A stretch of DNA of 64,000 nt from Lama glama (GCA_028534125.1 CM052817.1:69690001-69754000), one strand, 5' to 3'; positions 24,370 through 38,160 are shown, counted from the first letter of the stretch. Program-made: numbers and translations. Notes: generated from the sequence alone by a model not told the origin.

Positions 24370-27243
24370 ATTGTATCCAATAATCAATACATATGATTAA
24401 TGTATTCAATGATATATTAAAAGGATCATACACCTTGATCAAATGGGATTTATCCCAGGGATGCAAAGATTTTTCAATATTCACAAGTCAATGTGATACC
24501 ACCTTAACAAACTGAAGAATAAAAATCATGATTATCTCAATAGATGCAGAAAAAGCTTCTAACAAAATTCAACATCCATTTATGGTAAAAGCTCCAACGA
24601 AGTGGGTACAGAGGGAACATATTTTGACATAATAAAGGCCACATATGATAAGCCCTCAGCTGATATCACACTGAAAAGTGAAAAGCTGAAAGCATTTCCT
24701 CTAAGATCAGGAACAAGACACTCTCACCACTCCAACACAGTATTGGAAGTTCTAGTCACAGCAATCAGACAAGAAATAAAAGGCATCCAAATTGGAAAGG
24801 AAGAAGTAAAACTGTCACTGCAGGTAACATGATACTATACACAGAAAATTCTCAAGACACCACCAAAAAACTACTACAGTTCATCAATGAATTCAGTAAA
24901 GCTGCAAGATACAAAATTAATATACAGAATTCTGTTGCATATCTATACAGTCTCAAAAAGAGACCGTAAGAAAAAAAATCTCATTTACAACCTCATCAAA
25001 AAGAATAAAATATCTAGGAATAAATCTAACTAAGAAAGTAAAAGATCTATCTTCAGAAAACTGTAAGACACTGATGAAAAAAATTGAAGATGACACAAAC
25101 AGATGAAAAGATGTACCATGTTAATGGACTAGAAGAATTAATATTGTTAAAACAACATACTACCCAAGGCAATCTACAGATTCAATGCAATCCCTAACAA
25201 AATACTACTGGCATTTTTCACAAAACTATAACAAATAATTCTAAAATTTGTATGGAAACACAAAAGATCCCAAAGAGCCAAAACAATCTGAGAAAGAAGA
25301 ACAAAGCTGAAGGTATCACACTTCCAGATTTCAAACTATAGTACTATAGTACAAAGTTACAGTCATCAAAACAGTATGGTACTGGCACAAAAACAGACAC
25401 ATGGATCAATGGAACACAACAGAGAGCCCAGAAATGAACCCAAACTTATATGAGCAATTAATCTACAACAAAGGAAGCAAGAATATACAATAAGGAAACG
25501 ACAGCCTCTTCAATAAATGGGTTGGAAAAACTGGACAGCTATATCCAAAAGAATCAAACTGGACTGCTGTCTCACACATGCATAAAGATAAATTCAAAAT
25601 AGGTTGAAGATTTAAATGTAAGACCTGAAACCATGAAACTTCTACAAGAAAACATAGGCAGTATGCTCCTTGACATCAGTCTTAACAATATTTTGAGGGG
25701 ATATGTCTCCTCAGGCAAGGGAAACAAATGCAAAAGTAAGCAAATGGGACTACATCAAACTAAAAAGCCTTTGCACAGCAAAACAAACTACCAACAACAA
25801 CAACAAAAAAAGGCCACCTACTAAACGGGAAAAGATATTCGCAAATGATATATCTGGCAAAGGGTTAACATCTAAAATATACAAAGAACTCATACAACTG
25901 ATATTAAAAAAAAAACATTAAACAATGGGCAGAGGGTCTGAACAGACATTTTTCCAAAGAAGACATACAGTTGGCCAACAGGCACATGAAAAAGTGCTCA
26001 ACATCACTGATCATCAGGAAAATATAAATCAAAACCACAACATGGTATCACCTCACAGAATGGTTATTATGAAAAAAAAAAACAAATAACAAATATCATC
26101 AAGGATATGTGGAAAAGGGAGCCTTTGTGCACTGTTGGTAGGAATGTAAATTTCCACCGTGGAAAAGAGTATGGAGATTGCTCATAAAATTAAAAATAGA
26201 ACTACCATATAATCCAGCAATACCTTGCCTGGGTATTTATCCAAAGAAAACAAAAACACTAATTAGAAAAGATATATGCACCCCTATGTTCATAGCAGCA
26301 TTATTTACAATAGCCAAGATATGGCTACAACCCAAGTGCTCATCAATAGATAAATGGCTAAAGAAGATGTGATATATATATGTGATGAAATATTACTCAG
26401 TCACAAAAGAAATGAAATCTTGCCATCTGCAACAACACAAATGGACCTAGAGAGTATTATGCTAAGTGAAGTAAGTCTGAAAGAGAAAGACAAACACTGC
26501 TTTTGCTTTCACTTATATGTGGAATCTAAAAAACAAAACAAACGAACAAACAGCAAAACAGAGAGTTACAGATATAGAGAACAAAAAGGTCGTTACCAGA
26601 GGAGAGGGAGTTGGGGGAGGAAAGAAATAGGTGAGTGAGATTAAGAGATACAAACTTCCAGTTGTAAAATAAATGAGGTATGGGTATGAAATATACAGTG
26701 TGGGGAATATAGTCAATAACTAAATAATATCTTTGGGGTGACATCGTAACTACACTTACCATTGTGATCATTTTGAAATATATAGGAAAAAACATCACTA
26801 CACTTTGTAACAGGAACATAGTGTTGCAGGTCATTATCTTCAAAAACAAACAGACTCATAGAAAAAGGGATCAGACTTTTGTGGTTACGAGAGGCAGGGG
26901 TAGGGGGTGGGTGAATTGGATGAAGGCAGTCGAGAGGTATAAACTTCCAGTTGTAAGTGAGTACTAGAGATGTAATGTACAACATGCTACATATAATTAA
27001 CACTGCAGTATGTTATATATGAAAGTCATTAAGAGAGTAAATCTTAAGAGTTCTCATCACAAAAAAAAAACCAAACTTTTTTCTATTTCTTTAATTTTGT
27101 TCCTAAATGAGATGATGGATGCTCACTAAACTTACTATGATAATCATTTCATGATGTGTGTAGGTCAAGTCATTATGCTTGTGCACCTTAAACTTGTACA
27201 GTGTGGTCTGTCAATTATATCTCCATAAAACTGGAAGGAAAAA
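24370..27243 (+). mobile_element. 5'-truncated LINE-1 (degraded ORF2 RT/C-terminal part plus 3' UTR and poly-A), antisense to PAPSS1
   Basis: ORF fragments match L1 ORF2 ([71 protein letters not shown]) with many stops and frameshifts. Degenerate TSD AAAGAATTT(A/G)AA at 24354 and 27244. Confidence 0.92.
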
Positions 27244-27358
27244 AAAGAATTTGAAGCACCAATGTTTCTCTATACTAGCACCACCTTTTTTTGGGAGGGG
27301 AATGTTGTGACATGGATATAATTATTCTCTGATGAGTCCGTCTTTGACCTCCTCTTAC

Positions 27359-27477
27359 CCGCTCCTGGAGAAGTTCCACAACCTGCTGGACACAGTCGTT
27401 TACATCACAGGAGTCTGTTTTCAGCACCAGTTCAGGGGCCTCTGGTTTTTCATACTCAGAATCAATTCCAGTGAAAC
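27359..27477 (-). CDS. PAPSS1: PAPSS1 exon 5 ([40 protein letters not shown]), end of the APS-kinase domain
   Basis: Manual translation. CCCCCTTTTATAG acceptor, GTAAGA donor. 119 nt. Confidence 0.97.
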
Positions 27478-27645
27478 CTATAAAAGGGGGTAGAAATTAA
27501 AATTAAAATAGGTTTGTTCCTTCAGTGCAAGTCTCTGCTATGCTGAAGTTCATATTTATGCTGCCCCTTCTAAGTTACAAGGTTACAATATAGAAACTTC
27601 TTTCTTGGGGGATTTCTAATTAAACTTTTGTTTCTTTTTTGAACA

Positions 27646-28284
27646 CAGTCGATTCTCATTATCTGCGGAAGTCATGTTCAGTAAGTTGCCACAAACATGA
27701 AATTAGTGAATCCTGAATCACTCACTGCTCAGAGGAGCAATGTGGGGCTGGGTTCCTGTGAGCCTCTTGTCACCAAATTTTTGTCAATTGATTAATATAT
27801 AACTTTGTTTTATGAGTGTTTCTGTTTAAAGATCTTATTTTATAGGCACTGTTTATTCATTAACGCTGAACTCAGGGCCAAGAACACGAGAACTCACATC
27901 TGAGCATCACTTATCTAACATGTCTATTTTCTCCACAAGGCAGGTCAGTCTTCCTGTGCTTAGGAACACCAGAAGCATTTCAGCACTCTGCCTGGGGCCA
28001 CTGTGAACAGCAAAATCACCAACAAAAAGCAAACAATAAAAAAACGCCCCCAAACATGGCACTAAATAGGCCATCACAAGGACACTTACAGCATGAGAAT
28101 TGAAAGGCCTTGTTCAACTTCAGCTAGGGATGTGCACTTCAGGTAACTACAATTTTGCTGCTCTGCACGTGTCCACAAGTGACAGCCAAAATACCGTGGG
28201 TGCACTGACATGGGGATTACAAATACATTTTACTGAGCAGGCACATCTGTAAATCTGGAGTCTTCAGATAACGAGGATGGACAA
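27646..28284. mobile_element. MER82-like TcMar-Tigger DNA transposon
   Basis: CAGTCGATTCTCATTAT... start with degenerate inverted end ...ATAACGAGGATGGAC. Internal GGTTCCTGTGAGCCTCT and CTTAGGAACAC segments match the recalled consensus. Confidence 0.7.
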
Positions 28285-29073
28285 TACTTCCATCACTCTT
28301 CCTTTTTTCTTATACATAAATGCCTAAACTACCTGTGAAGAAACAGGCATGAATACCAAGTGATCCAGAGCATCTCAGTTTCTCCACAGGAATACAGGGT
28401 ACAATGCCTACGCCCTGGGCATAAAACCAAGCTCAACAAGGTTTTTCTTCCTCTCAATGCAAAAACTGATGCAAGTACATCTGCCCATTATATTCACCGG
28501 GATTATCTGTAGCCAAGCTGAAGCTCTGTAGGCTTCTTCTGCCATCAGATTAAGTGTTCAGGCAAGACAGATTAACTACTATTAGCTTAAGCAAAACATA
28601 ACTAAGGAGGGTAATCCTGTTGTATCACCAAAGATGTTCTACAATCCAATATAATCAATTTAGATATTAACTACTATTTAGATTTTCCCTACCGTATATG
28701 TGGTTACCGTGTAACTGCCAGAAGAAAGAATACACGACGTCACCACAGAATGGGCTGGCTGAGCTGAGGACATTATCCCGTACATAAGTCCTTCACAGCC
28801 CGTCTGTGCTGGAATGCCAAGTCATCCCCCGGTTAGAATGGTAAGCATGAATTTGAAATCATTACTGTTAAGAGGTAAAGGTATCAAAAGAACTTTAACA
28901 CCGTAAGTCTACAGCCCACTGATTTCATTTTTTTCCTATTTCATATTTCTAAGTATCACATGAAGTCCTGAACCCAAGAAAAAACTTCCCATTACCAGTA
29001 TTTCCTACAGTTTAAGTGATGAGTCGCAATAAAATAGGTGGGTAAAAAACAAATCTGGTTAGATGCTAGTTCT

Positions 29074-29226
29074 TAAGCTCTGATTCTCAAATGTAGCTAT
29101 GTTGAAATCACTGGGTCCCACCCTCAAGAGATCCTGATTTCACTGATCTGGGTTACAGCCTTGGCACTGGATTTTTTAAAGTTTCCCCAGGTAATGCTTA
29201 TGTGCAGCAAAGCCTGAGGATAACTG
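29074..29226. mobile_element. MER5A1-like hAT MITE
   Basis: TGATTCTCAAA...TCTGGG...GGATTTTTTAAAGTTTCCCCAGGTAAT...CTGAGGATAACTG. Confidence 0.6.
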
Positions 29227-29845
29227 TGTAGAAGACTTGGTTTAACATTTTAAAAGCCCAGGAATTATCTTCCTAATTAGTTTATCCCCTAAGTGATTAT
29301 AATAAATGTACACTGTAAGTGAAATATTTATATTTAAGTAGATAATAACTACTTGAACAATAATCATGAAAATAATCTAGTATTAGACTAGCTGATGCAG
29401 GCATCCATTTACAGTTTAGTAAGTGCCATATAAAGGCCTGTAACAGCCTGAAGCCTGCTGAATGTATGCAATGTCACCTGCCCTTGAATGTTTACCATCA
29501 CAGCTCTGAAACAGCATCAATAGGAAACTTTTTAAGCACCATTCTGACAATGAGTAAATGATTTTTAAAAACGGTACAGTCAGGAACACTAGTACCATGG
29601 CAAACCTAAAATAAATAAATGTGTGTACACACATGCACACAGTCATACATTAATCTAAGGAACACTTTATCAACGTCTATTCAGAGTCATTAAGAAACAC
29701 TTGGTAAACAAGTAACACACAGAAAACTGAACTGATAAAGACACACTCCCAGATATAGCAAACTGTAAATGATTCAAGGTATTGTGAATGCGGTCTTATT
29801 ATCCATCCTTGCATCCTCAGTATCAATTATAAACCTTGCAAATAG

Positions 29846-29973
29846 GGGAGGGTATAGCTCAAGTCATAGAGCACGTGTTTGGCATACACAAGGTCCTGGG
29901 TTCAATCCTCAGTACCTCCTCCAAAAATAAATAAGTAAACCTCATTACCCACCCCACAAAAAGGAAATAACTC
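29846..29973 (+). mobile_element. tRNA-Ala-like SINE (camelid Vic-1 type)
   Basis: GGGAGGGTATAGCTCA...GGTCCTGGGTTCAATCC (A and B boxes), A-rich tail. 15-bp TSD AAACCTTGCAAATAG at 29831-29845 and 29974-29988. Confidence 0.85.
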
Positions 29974-30314
29974 AAACCTTGCAAATAGAAAGCATTGATC
30001 ATGTGCTGAACATCTGATTTCCACTCCCGCTTCTAATCTATCCAGCAGGCATTTACTGTGTGTGTGCCAAGTATCATGCTTTGAGCCATGCTCTGTACTA
30101 AATTCTAAAAACACAAAAAAATGTAAAGATATTGTCCCTGCTCTCAGGGTGCTTACTCTAGCTGGGCAGACAAATCTACCTCCCTCACCAATCCATCCCT
30201 GCAAAACAACAAAACCAACTGCAGCTAAAATAAGTAAAAGATTCAGACTTCAGGATCCCAGACATATTATTTTAGTTCTCTTTGCCAAATCTCTACTTCA
30301 AAAAACAAAAGTGA

Positions 30315-30575
30315 AGAGGAGGGATAAATTGGGAGTTTGGGATTAACAGATACAAACTACTATCCTTAAAATACATAAGCAACAGGATTTACTATTTAGC
30401 ACAGGGAACTATATTCAGTATCTTGGAATAATCTATAATGGAAAATAATCTGAAAATATATATTTACACATATATATAACTGAATATATACATATAAGAG
30501 AATCACTTTGTTGTACACCTGAAACTAACACATTATAAATCAACTATACTTTAATTAAAAAAAAAGAAAAAAAAC
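30315..30575 (+). mobile_element. Short L1 3' tail (artiodactyl-type)
   Basis: GGGAGTTTGGGATTAACAGATACAAACTACTAT...CAACTATACTTTAATTAAAAAAA; same family as 48778-48995. Confidence 0.8.
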
Positions 30576-31732
30576 ACACACACACAAACAAAAGAAGTGA
30601 AAACTGGCCATCAACAGAGAGAGAGTGATCCACAAGTTAAATGGCTACACTGGTTTCCCTCCTGTTCTCATAAATTATCCAAGTCAGGCAGCCTGTTGTT
30701 ACTGAGTCAAGAAAGTGCAGGCTTAATGGGTGAAACTGAGTCTCCACGGGGGCAAGACCACATGAGCCCTGCCCAAGGAACCAGATTCACTACAGCCAGT
30801 GAAACATGTCCCAGCTGCCAATGGGCTCCCCAATCCAAATACGAAAAGCCCAGAATAACAAGCATTTTCCTTTCTGTTCCACCTTTTCCTTTTCAGGGCC
30901 ACAAGCTGGTGCCAAATTCACAGAGCTCCTGGGAGCTCCTGATAGTCCCAGGCTATCACATTCCCTGATGGGAAAGCAAACAAGTTACCAGCATGAATTG
31001 ATCCCTAAACAACGCTGCCTGAGTAATCTACCTTTGATCTTTTTTTTTTTTAATGCTGGCATGCCATCTGTTACTGTTAATAATAATCGATCAGGGCTCA
31101 CAGCAAAGGATGTCTAGAAGATAAGTGATGTAATTGGTATCAAAGGGCACAGCAGACAGATTCTAAATGTCTTTCTATGTCCAAATTTTCATCACAGTTG
31201 AAACCCTGGGAGCAGACCAAAAACCTAAAAAGCAAGCTGTAAGTATTTTGATAAAATCACAGATATGTACAACAAACATACACAGAATGAATGTCAGACC
31301 TTTCCAAGCACGATATGATAAAGAAGAATGAGACATTGCCCTTGCTCTCAAGATGCTCATAATTCAGACATTTTTCCCATTAGCTATGGAATTCCCTGTG
31401 TTTTCACTGGAACAAAGAGAAGTGGCAGCAATGAGCAACTGATAGCCAATCTAATGCTAGGCACCTAATTAGACCAAACAGGTTTCTTTCCACCAGCTCC
31501 CAAAGTCCCAATACTCAAACTGTCTTCTGAGTAGGATTGCAGCCTGGTCCATGATGTTGAGCGTACACACTGTCAGATACTACTGAGAGATACAGCATTG
31601 TCGTAAGACCCACTGTCTCTTCTCAGGAGCTCCAAGTTGTTTGAATACTTCCATCTCTTAGAAAAGATTATCAGTCTCAGATATAGTAAGATGAAACATC
31701 TATGGAAAGAGAAACTAGGAAAAAAAATATTA

Positions 31733-31915
<183 letters not shown>

Positions 31916-32379
31916 TCATGTGACTCAAGGGTCTTATCTTAACATCAAGGACGGGTCAAAGTGCTTTGCAGCTGAGTTAGCGGAAGATATATTTGACAAA
32001 GTTTGACTTATGTTTTGAAAATATAAACTGAAACAAACAAACAAAAATAAATTCAAGAAATAATTAGGTTAACACACCCATTCTTCATCAAAAATTTTAA
32101 AAGGCCTACTCTTCTAAAAATCTGAGATACTGGAGAGTTCCGGGAAGGAGAATAACGGGTGCACCATAAAAACTTTCACCTAAATTTTATGAGGAAACTG
32201 AGCCCTGGCCCAGCTCAAATGCAGATGTCATCAGGCCACTCTCTCAATAACATGCTTAACCCGAGCCTGGGCTGGAATGAAAGTAACTTCACAAGAGATC
32301 AACTCAGAACCCTCAGGCTAGTTTATTCACTTGCCGAATACAACCCCCTGCAGCCACTTCATATCTCTAGCAGTCCCAA

Positions 32380-35300
32380 AACTTCATTTTCCTGCACAGC
32401 TCCTAACCCCCAACTCTGGTAATATCTTCACCACTCAGTCTAAAAGCTCTCCACGCTGTCCTCTGGAACACTGTTCCCTTTGTAAGTCAACTCCTTTCTG
32501 GTCTTAACTAAAACCAGGTTCTCCCTTAAGGATTCATCATCTTCCTGTTCTCAAGTGTAGGCCCCACATCTACACTCTGTACACAAGGCAGTGCCAACAT
32601 TTTCAAAGCTAGTCCCTGCAACTTCCTCCATCCTAGCCCCACGGAGATCATTTTCTCATTCACCACCTTTCTTAGGGACCCCTCCAACAAACCATGCTGC
32701 TTCCACTCATACCAGACGATCACACTTCTTATTTCGAAAAGAAAATCCCCAGGCACAAATGCTCTCAATCTCTCCTCTGCCATATAAATAGACCCACATC
32801 CCAATCTCTGTCTCCCTCCTTCTTGCCACTCCTCTCTACACGATGCCAAATCCCCTTGCCTCCAAAGGACCTTGCTCAACCCATTATCCCTGCTCCATCT
32901 GAAATCCTGAACCTCTTCCTTCTCCCCTGGCAGCAAACAAATACAAGACTCTCACCCCTTAAGAACAGGTGAACTAACAAATCGTACAAAAATTTCCTTA
33001 GTCATGAGGACTTTCCAGTCTTTTTGCCACATTTTACACTACTAACCCTATGTTCTCCAATAGTGGTACACAGGGTAGTAGTGATCACTCCCATGCAGCT
33101 CCCTGGGCTCCTCCCACTTCCCCCATCCCTGAACACCGGTACCGCCCACATTCCATCGGGAGCCTGCTGCACACACCCCAGCACTGTTCTCATCTGCTTT
33201 TACAATGTGAATTACAACATAGATACCCTTACTCAAGCCTGAACTCTGTCCTCTCTCCTACAATTACACACACCCTTCCAACTTCCTCCAAGTATCTTGA
33301 ACTTAACACATACAAAACTGAACCCATTCTTTTCTCTCAAGCTTGCATTCCCAGCTGTACTGTCCAAATCAAGGGATGATAATACTATTTACCCAGAACC
33401 CCAGAGCTGTTCTCGTTCCTTCCTTTTGCTGCCCTACCTTGTGCATTTTGTCACAAAGTCCTTCACCCAAAGTTCCCTTCAAACCATTGCACTCTTTGGG
33501 GAGAGGGTACAGCTCAGTGGTAGACAGCATGCTTAGCATTCAAGAGGTCCTGGGTTCAATCCTCAGTACCTCCATTAAAAAAAAAAAGATAAGTCTAATT
33601 ACCCACCCCCCGCAAAATAAGCTTAAAAAAAGAAATTAAATTATTTTTAGAAAGCGTGTGTCTCTCAAGAAATTGATTTAAAAAAAAAAATTGCACTCTG
33701 TAGGCTTCCATCAGTGTTCATCCTCTGAGACCACCTCACTGTGGCCAACTGTACACAGCAGTCCTCCCAGCTGTGGCTGTTCATGGTCATCCCCTTCTCC
33801 AGATTCCCAAAGTTCTTACACTGCCCATTTAAGCAGATACTCTTTTTTTAAATTTGGCAAGGGCAGTAATGGAGCTATGCATAAGACATTATGGGATAAC
33901 ATTCAAAGAGCTCATGCTTGTGAAATATTTAATGCTATGTACACCGCATAGCAAGTGCTTGATAAAAATTGGAGGTGGAATCAGATTCTACCTATAAATA
34001 TCACACTAACCCAGCCTGTGCTTCTTCCCTGCCTCCCTGGTTCAACCTCAGTTCTCCTGCCTGGACAACTGCAATACCCTTTTAATCAGTCTGCTGCCTT
34101 CCAGCTTTGATCTGCTCAAAGCGATACTCTGCAACGTCCCCAGGACAGTAGAACATGCAAATTCAACCACGTCACTAAACTCTTCAGAGACTCCCCACCA
34201 GCATCAGGGTAAAATCCAAGCTTCTAAGTGTGACCCTTGAGGCCTTCCCTACCTGGCCCCACCATTCTCAGTCCTGCACTTGATGTTCTAGTAATAATTA
34301 ATACCCACCTGGTCTACCAGGCTGTTTGGGCCTCATCCCTTTCCCATATGCTCTCCCAAAAACACTCCACCCCTCTCCTCTGGGTACAGCAATGTGCTCC
34401 CTCAAAGCTCCACAGTAAGTCCTCCAGGAAGCCTACTTGGCAAGCTCAGGCTGACTGAGGGCCTCACTGCCTCTGGGTTCTCAGAGAACCCACTACAGAC
34501 CTCTGTCACAGATCTTATCCCAATACACTGAGCCAGTTTCATTAGCTTTAGAACCTTAGTATCTGGCAGAGCGATTAAGCTGTGATCCTACTAGTCCAAC
34601 GGTCCTTTCAAATGAAGGTGTTCCCAAGTTTCTATCAGTGACTCTCTTCTCATTCTATACCCTCTTCTGTATGCTCAACTACATCTAGGTTTCAACCAAT
34701 CAAGTTAACGATTCCCAAAATCTCTATCTCAATCCTATACAATGTTCCTGAGCTCCAGAACCAATTTCCCAATGACCCAGTGGTCATCTCCACTTAGACA
34801 CTCCACTAGCATTTCAAACCTAACCCATCTAAAATAAAATAATCCTCTCCTCTCTTCCTACCCTATATTTTCTAACTCAATCATATCATCTTCTACTCAG
34901 AAAGCATCGTCCTTCATGTTCACTCTCAAATCCAGCAATCAACGCAGGCACCACATCCTACTGATGCTACGGGCTCAAGAGCCCTCAAACATGCCCCATC
35001 TTTTCTACTCCCATGGCCACTGTCTCAGTTCACTCCAAAAGCCCCCAGATAGTCTCTTATCTCCAGACCATTCTCATTCCAGGCTTGAAGGGTGACCCCA
35101 CTAAAACACAAACCCAGAGACACCATTCCCCAGTACAATCAATCTCAAACTATCGACCACCCATGGGGCAAAGTCCCGAACAGTTAGAGTTCACCATGAG
35201 ACCTCTGCAAATCACTCCAGCTTCATCTCCCCTCACGTTCATCCTGCAGAACATCCAAAACAAACAACCTACAGTTCCCCAAAAGACCTAACTCCCTCAC

Positions 35301-35520
35301 ATTTCCATACTTTCGCAATTATTGTAATGTCTCTTCTGACTGAAACAGCTTCCTCCCTCCGGTCTGACTGGTATACTGATTCATCCCTCATGACTCATTT
35401 CAAACAGGATCTCCTCTGTGAATCCTCCACAGCACCTTTATATGCAAGCACCTAACCACCTGACTTAAGATTCTGCAACTGTTCGCATCTCTATGTTCCC
35501 ACCAGACAATCTACCAGCCC
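32380..35520 (+). mobile_element. Patchwork of degraded L2 fragments
   Basis: C/T-rich L2-like motifs (CCTGAGCTCCAGA..CAATTTCC, CCTGCCTGGACAACTGCAATA, CAGGGTAAAATCCAAGCT). Confidence 0.5.
33498..33689 (+). mobile_element. Vic-1-type SINE with extended 3' tail
   Basis: A/B boxes, same body as the 29846 copy. TSD ATTGCACTCT at 33486-33495 and 33690-33699. Confidence 0.85.
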
Positions 35521-37924
35521 AGGTTCTTGCTGTGCTGTTAATATTTTAATCTACCCAGTTGAAAAGATACTTTTCACTGCCAGACCTTTACCACATAAGC
35601 CCAGTGAATGAAGGAAAAATGTTAACTATAATTACTCCCAGCTCTCAATTTTTAGGTATTTTTAAATCCAAAATAACACGGTAGAGTTTTCAAACCAGCG
35701 TTCTCAAGTTCATTAAGGTTTGTAGTCAGAAATTGAAATATTTTAGATGTATTAATGAGGCATGGAAATTCTATTTTTGAGAATTGTATATCTGCTTTTC
35801 AAAGGAGTTTAAACTTCATATGTATTTTAGTTTTCAATTTGGCACTTTCAGTATCCCACTGTATATTTTAAAATCTGTTCTATATGATTCTGGATGATAC
35901 GATGAGATTTTTAAGACTCTGGTATTGATCTCATTGAAATGATTCAGGTTTTAATATTCTGTTCTTTATTTTTAAATATGAGAAATAGAATATGTTGAAA
36001 TAATGGGTATTGAGACAGTTTAAATGAATCAAATTAAAATTACCAATAAACAAACAAAAAAAACCGCACATCCTATATGATATGGTCCAAATATTTCATG
36101 GATTGTGACATGCTCCAAGGATAGTCTGAACCTCATTCTTAGTGCTTTTAGGATGAGATCAACAGAAGTATTGCTCTACACTATGAAAACAAGGGAGCCA
36201 AAGAACAGATCAGCATATACTTTTAGATACCCAGGTCTCAGCTGCTAGCTCTCCAAATGAGGTGTTAATGACTTTCTTTTTGCAAATATTCCCAAAAGGT
36301 GAAAGAATACCACTGTTACTATATTACTATGAAAAATGTTTATGTCCAAGGATTCAGGAACTCTAACAACTCTCTTTCTCTTATACACTTCATTATCCAG
36401 GATACTTTAAACTGATGTATTGACACTGATTTCAATGTTTCAGGAGAATAAAAAGTAGCTAGTTCTCAAAGAATCTTTAGGACTCCTGTCAGAGTTCAAA
36501 TAAATGAGCCTGTATATTAACACTCTCACACTTCTCTACAGAGCTTACAGCTCAAATTTTGTTTTCGTTTTTTAATAAAAAAAGTCTAAGTAACCATCCA
36601 GAATTATGATACAATGTTAGAATTGTGTTACTATTTATTCCATGTACTGAATACTTATCACACATCAGGCACTGCGAGCTTTGAATGTATGACTTACCTA
36701 ATCCTTAGAGCAACCCTACGAGGTAGGCATTATCTGAGCGTGGAAGGTGAAGTAAATTGGCCAAGGTCCTAACAGTAACTAGCAGAGCCAAGATTTTGGC
36801 CTCCTGTTTCTGGCTTCAAGGCCGCTCTTTAACCACAACACTAACTCGCCTGTTCTTTTATATTTGGACTTCCTAAGGGGCTATACAATCACATTTAACA
36901 AATACTAATTATCTGCTATGTTCCAGGATCTGGGCTTGGCCATCAAGGTTATAAAGATAAATAGGATGTAGTCCCAGCCTTCAAGGAGCCAGCGGGGTTT
37001 AGAGACAGCAAAGCACAGTGGGCGAGAGCACGAGTTCCGGTGACACTCTCTGAGTGCAAACCCTTGCTGTGCACACAAATACATAGTGTACGAGCTTGAG
37101 TAATTTACACCTGTTTCCTCAGCTCCATCTTCCTCATTGGCTGATGAGAACTAAGTGAGCTAATATTAAAGTACTTTAAAACTGTTACCAGTACACAGTA
37201 AGTGTTCGATAAATGTTAGTTGCTATTACTATTATCATTATTATTATTACTGCTGCTGCTATTAGCACCACCAATCAAAAAACTAGTATTTATAATAAAA
37301 CAATGTGTTATGGTATAATTATAAGGGCACCAAAGACAGGTATCCAACAAAGCCTGAGGGACATAGGATGGGGAGATACCTGAGTCTCAAAGCATGAACA
37401 GGTGTCAGCTGATGACAAGACGAGACAAGGAGAAAAGAGAAGAGTGCCTTCTAGGCAGATGAAACAACAATTTCATCATGAGAAACAACATGATTTTTTT
37501 CAGAGAAATACAAGAAAGTGAATTAGTGCTGCTATGGTCTCTAAAATAAGAAACATTGTGATGAAAGATGAGACTCAAGAATTGTGAGCAAAAAAGCACA
37601 TGTTAAGAAACCTAAGATTTTCCCTGGTGTCCGACACATGTTGAGCATTTACTATAGGTTTTTGAATTGAAAAGTCAAACTTGAAATAAGTTGGCCACTG
37701 GCCTGTTCAACAGCTTTGGTTATGCTTTGGCCATGGTGGGAGGCAGGGGTGAGTGGGTTATAGCAGCCTTTTCAAAAGTGAATTTACTCAGAAATGCTGT
37801 AAGTTAACTGGTTTAATTTGGATTTAGCCTCAAAGTACATGTCAATGTTTAAATTATTTGCTTTTCCTGATACCATATTCTCAATACACATAATTAGAAC
37901 AGCAATGGCACAAAAGCCACATAC

Positions 37925-38160
37925 CTGAGTGTAAGGTGATATAAAACTTGTGATGCACACTAAGCCAGCATCTGCAAACAGCTTAGCAACTTCCGCAATG
38001 CGCCGAACATTCTCTTCTCTGTCTTCAGGACTAAAGCCAAGATTTTTATTGAGGCCTTGACGAATGTTGTCACCATCCAAAGTGTAGCATGGAATACCAT
38101 GACAAACCAAGTACTCCTCCAACGCCATGCTTACGGTGGTCTTCCCTGCTCCAGATAAGC
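37925..38160 (-). CDS. PAPSS1: PAPSS1 exon 3, APS-kinase P-loop (G/LSGAGKT) and DGDN motif through ...SFISPYTQ
   Basis: ORF 37784..38128 contains [61 protein letters not shown] acceptor, GTATGT donor. 236 nt. Confidence 0.98.

Noticed and set aside
24602..26638. RT-related ORF fragments as a novel reverse-transcriptase system
   Set aside because: Ordinary decayed L1 ORF2 pieces with stops and frameshifts.
28690..28835. Small CpG-enriched patch with a GACGTCA (CRE-like) motif in intron 4
   Set aside because: Too short and a single imperfect motif; cannot be supported without conservation or chromatin data.
33498..33572. tRNA-Ala-like sequence as a real tRNA gene (also 14550, 29846, 49819)
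   Set aside because: Each copy has a shared non-tRNA tail, A-rich end, TSDs and divergent stems, so these are SINEs.
37784..37924. ORF extensions past exon ends (also 2459-2550, 5720-5752, 9004-9183)
   Set aside because: Read-through beyond GT donors; similarity to PAPSS1 stops at each splice site.
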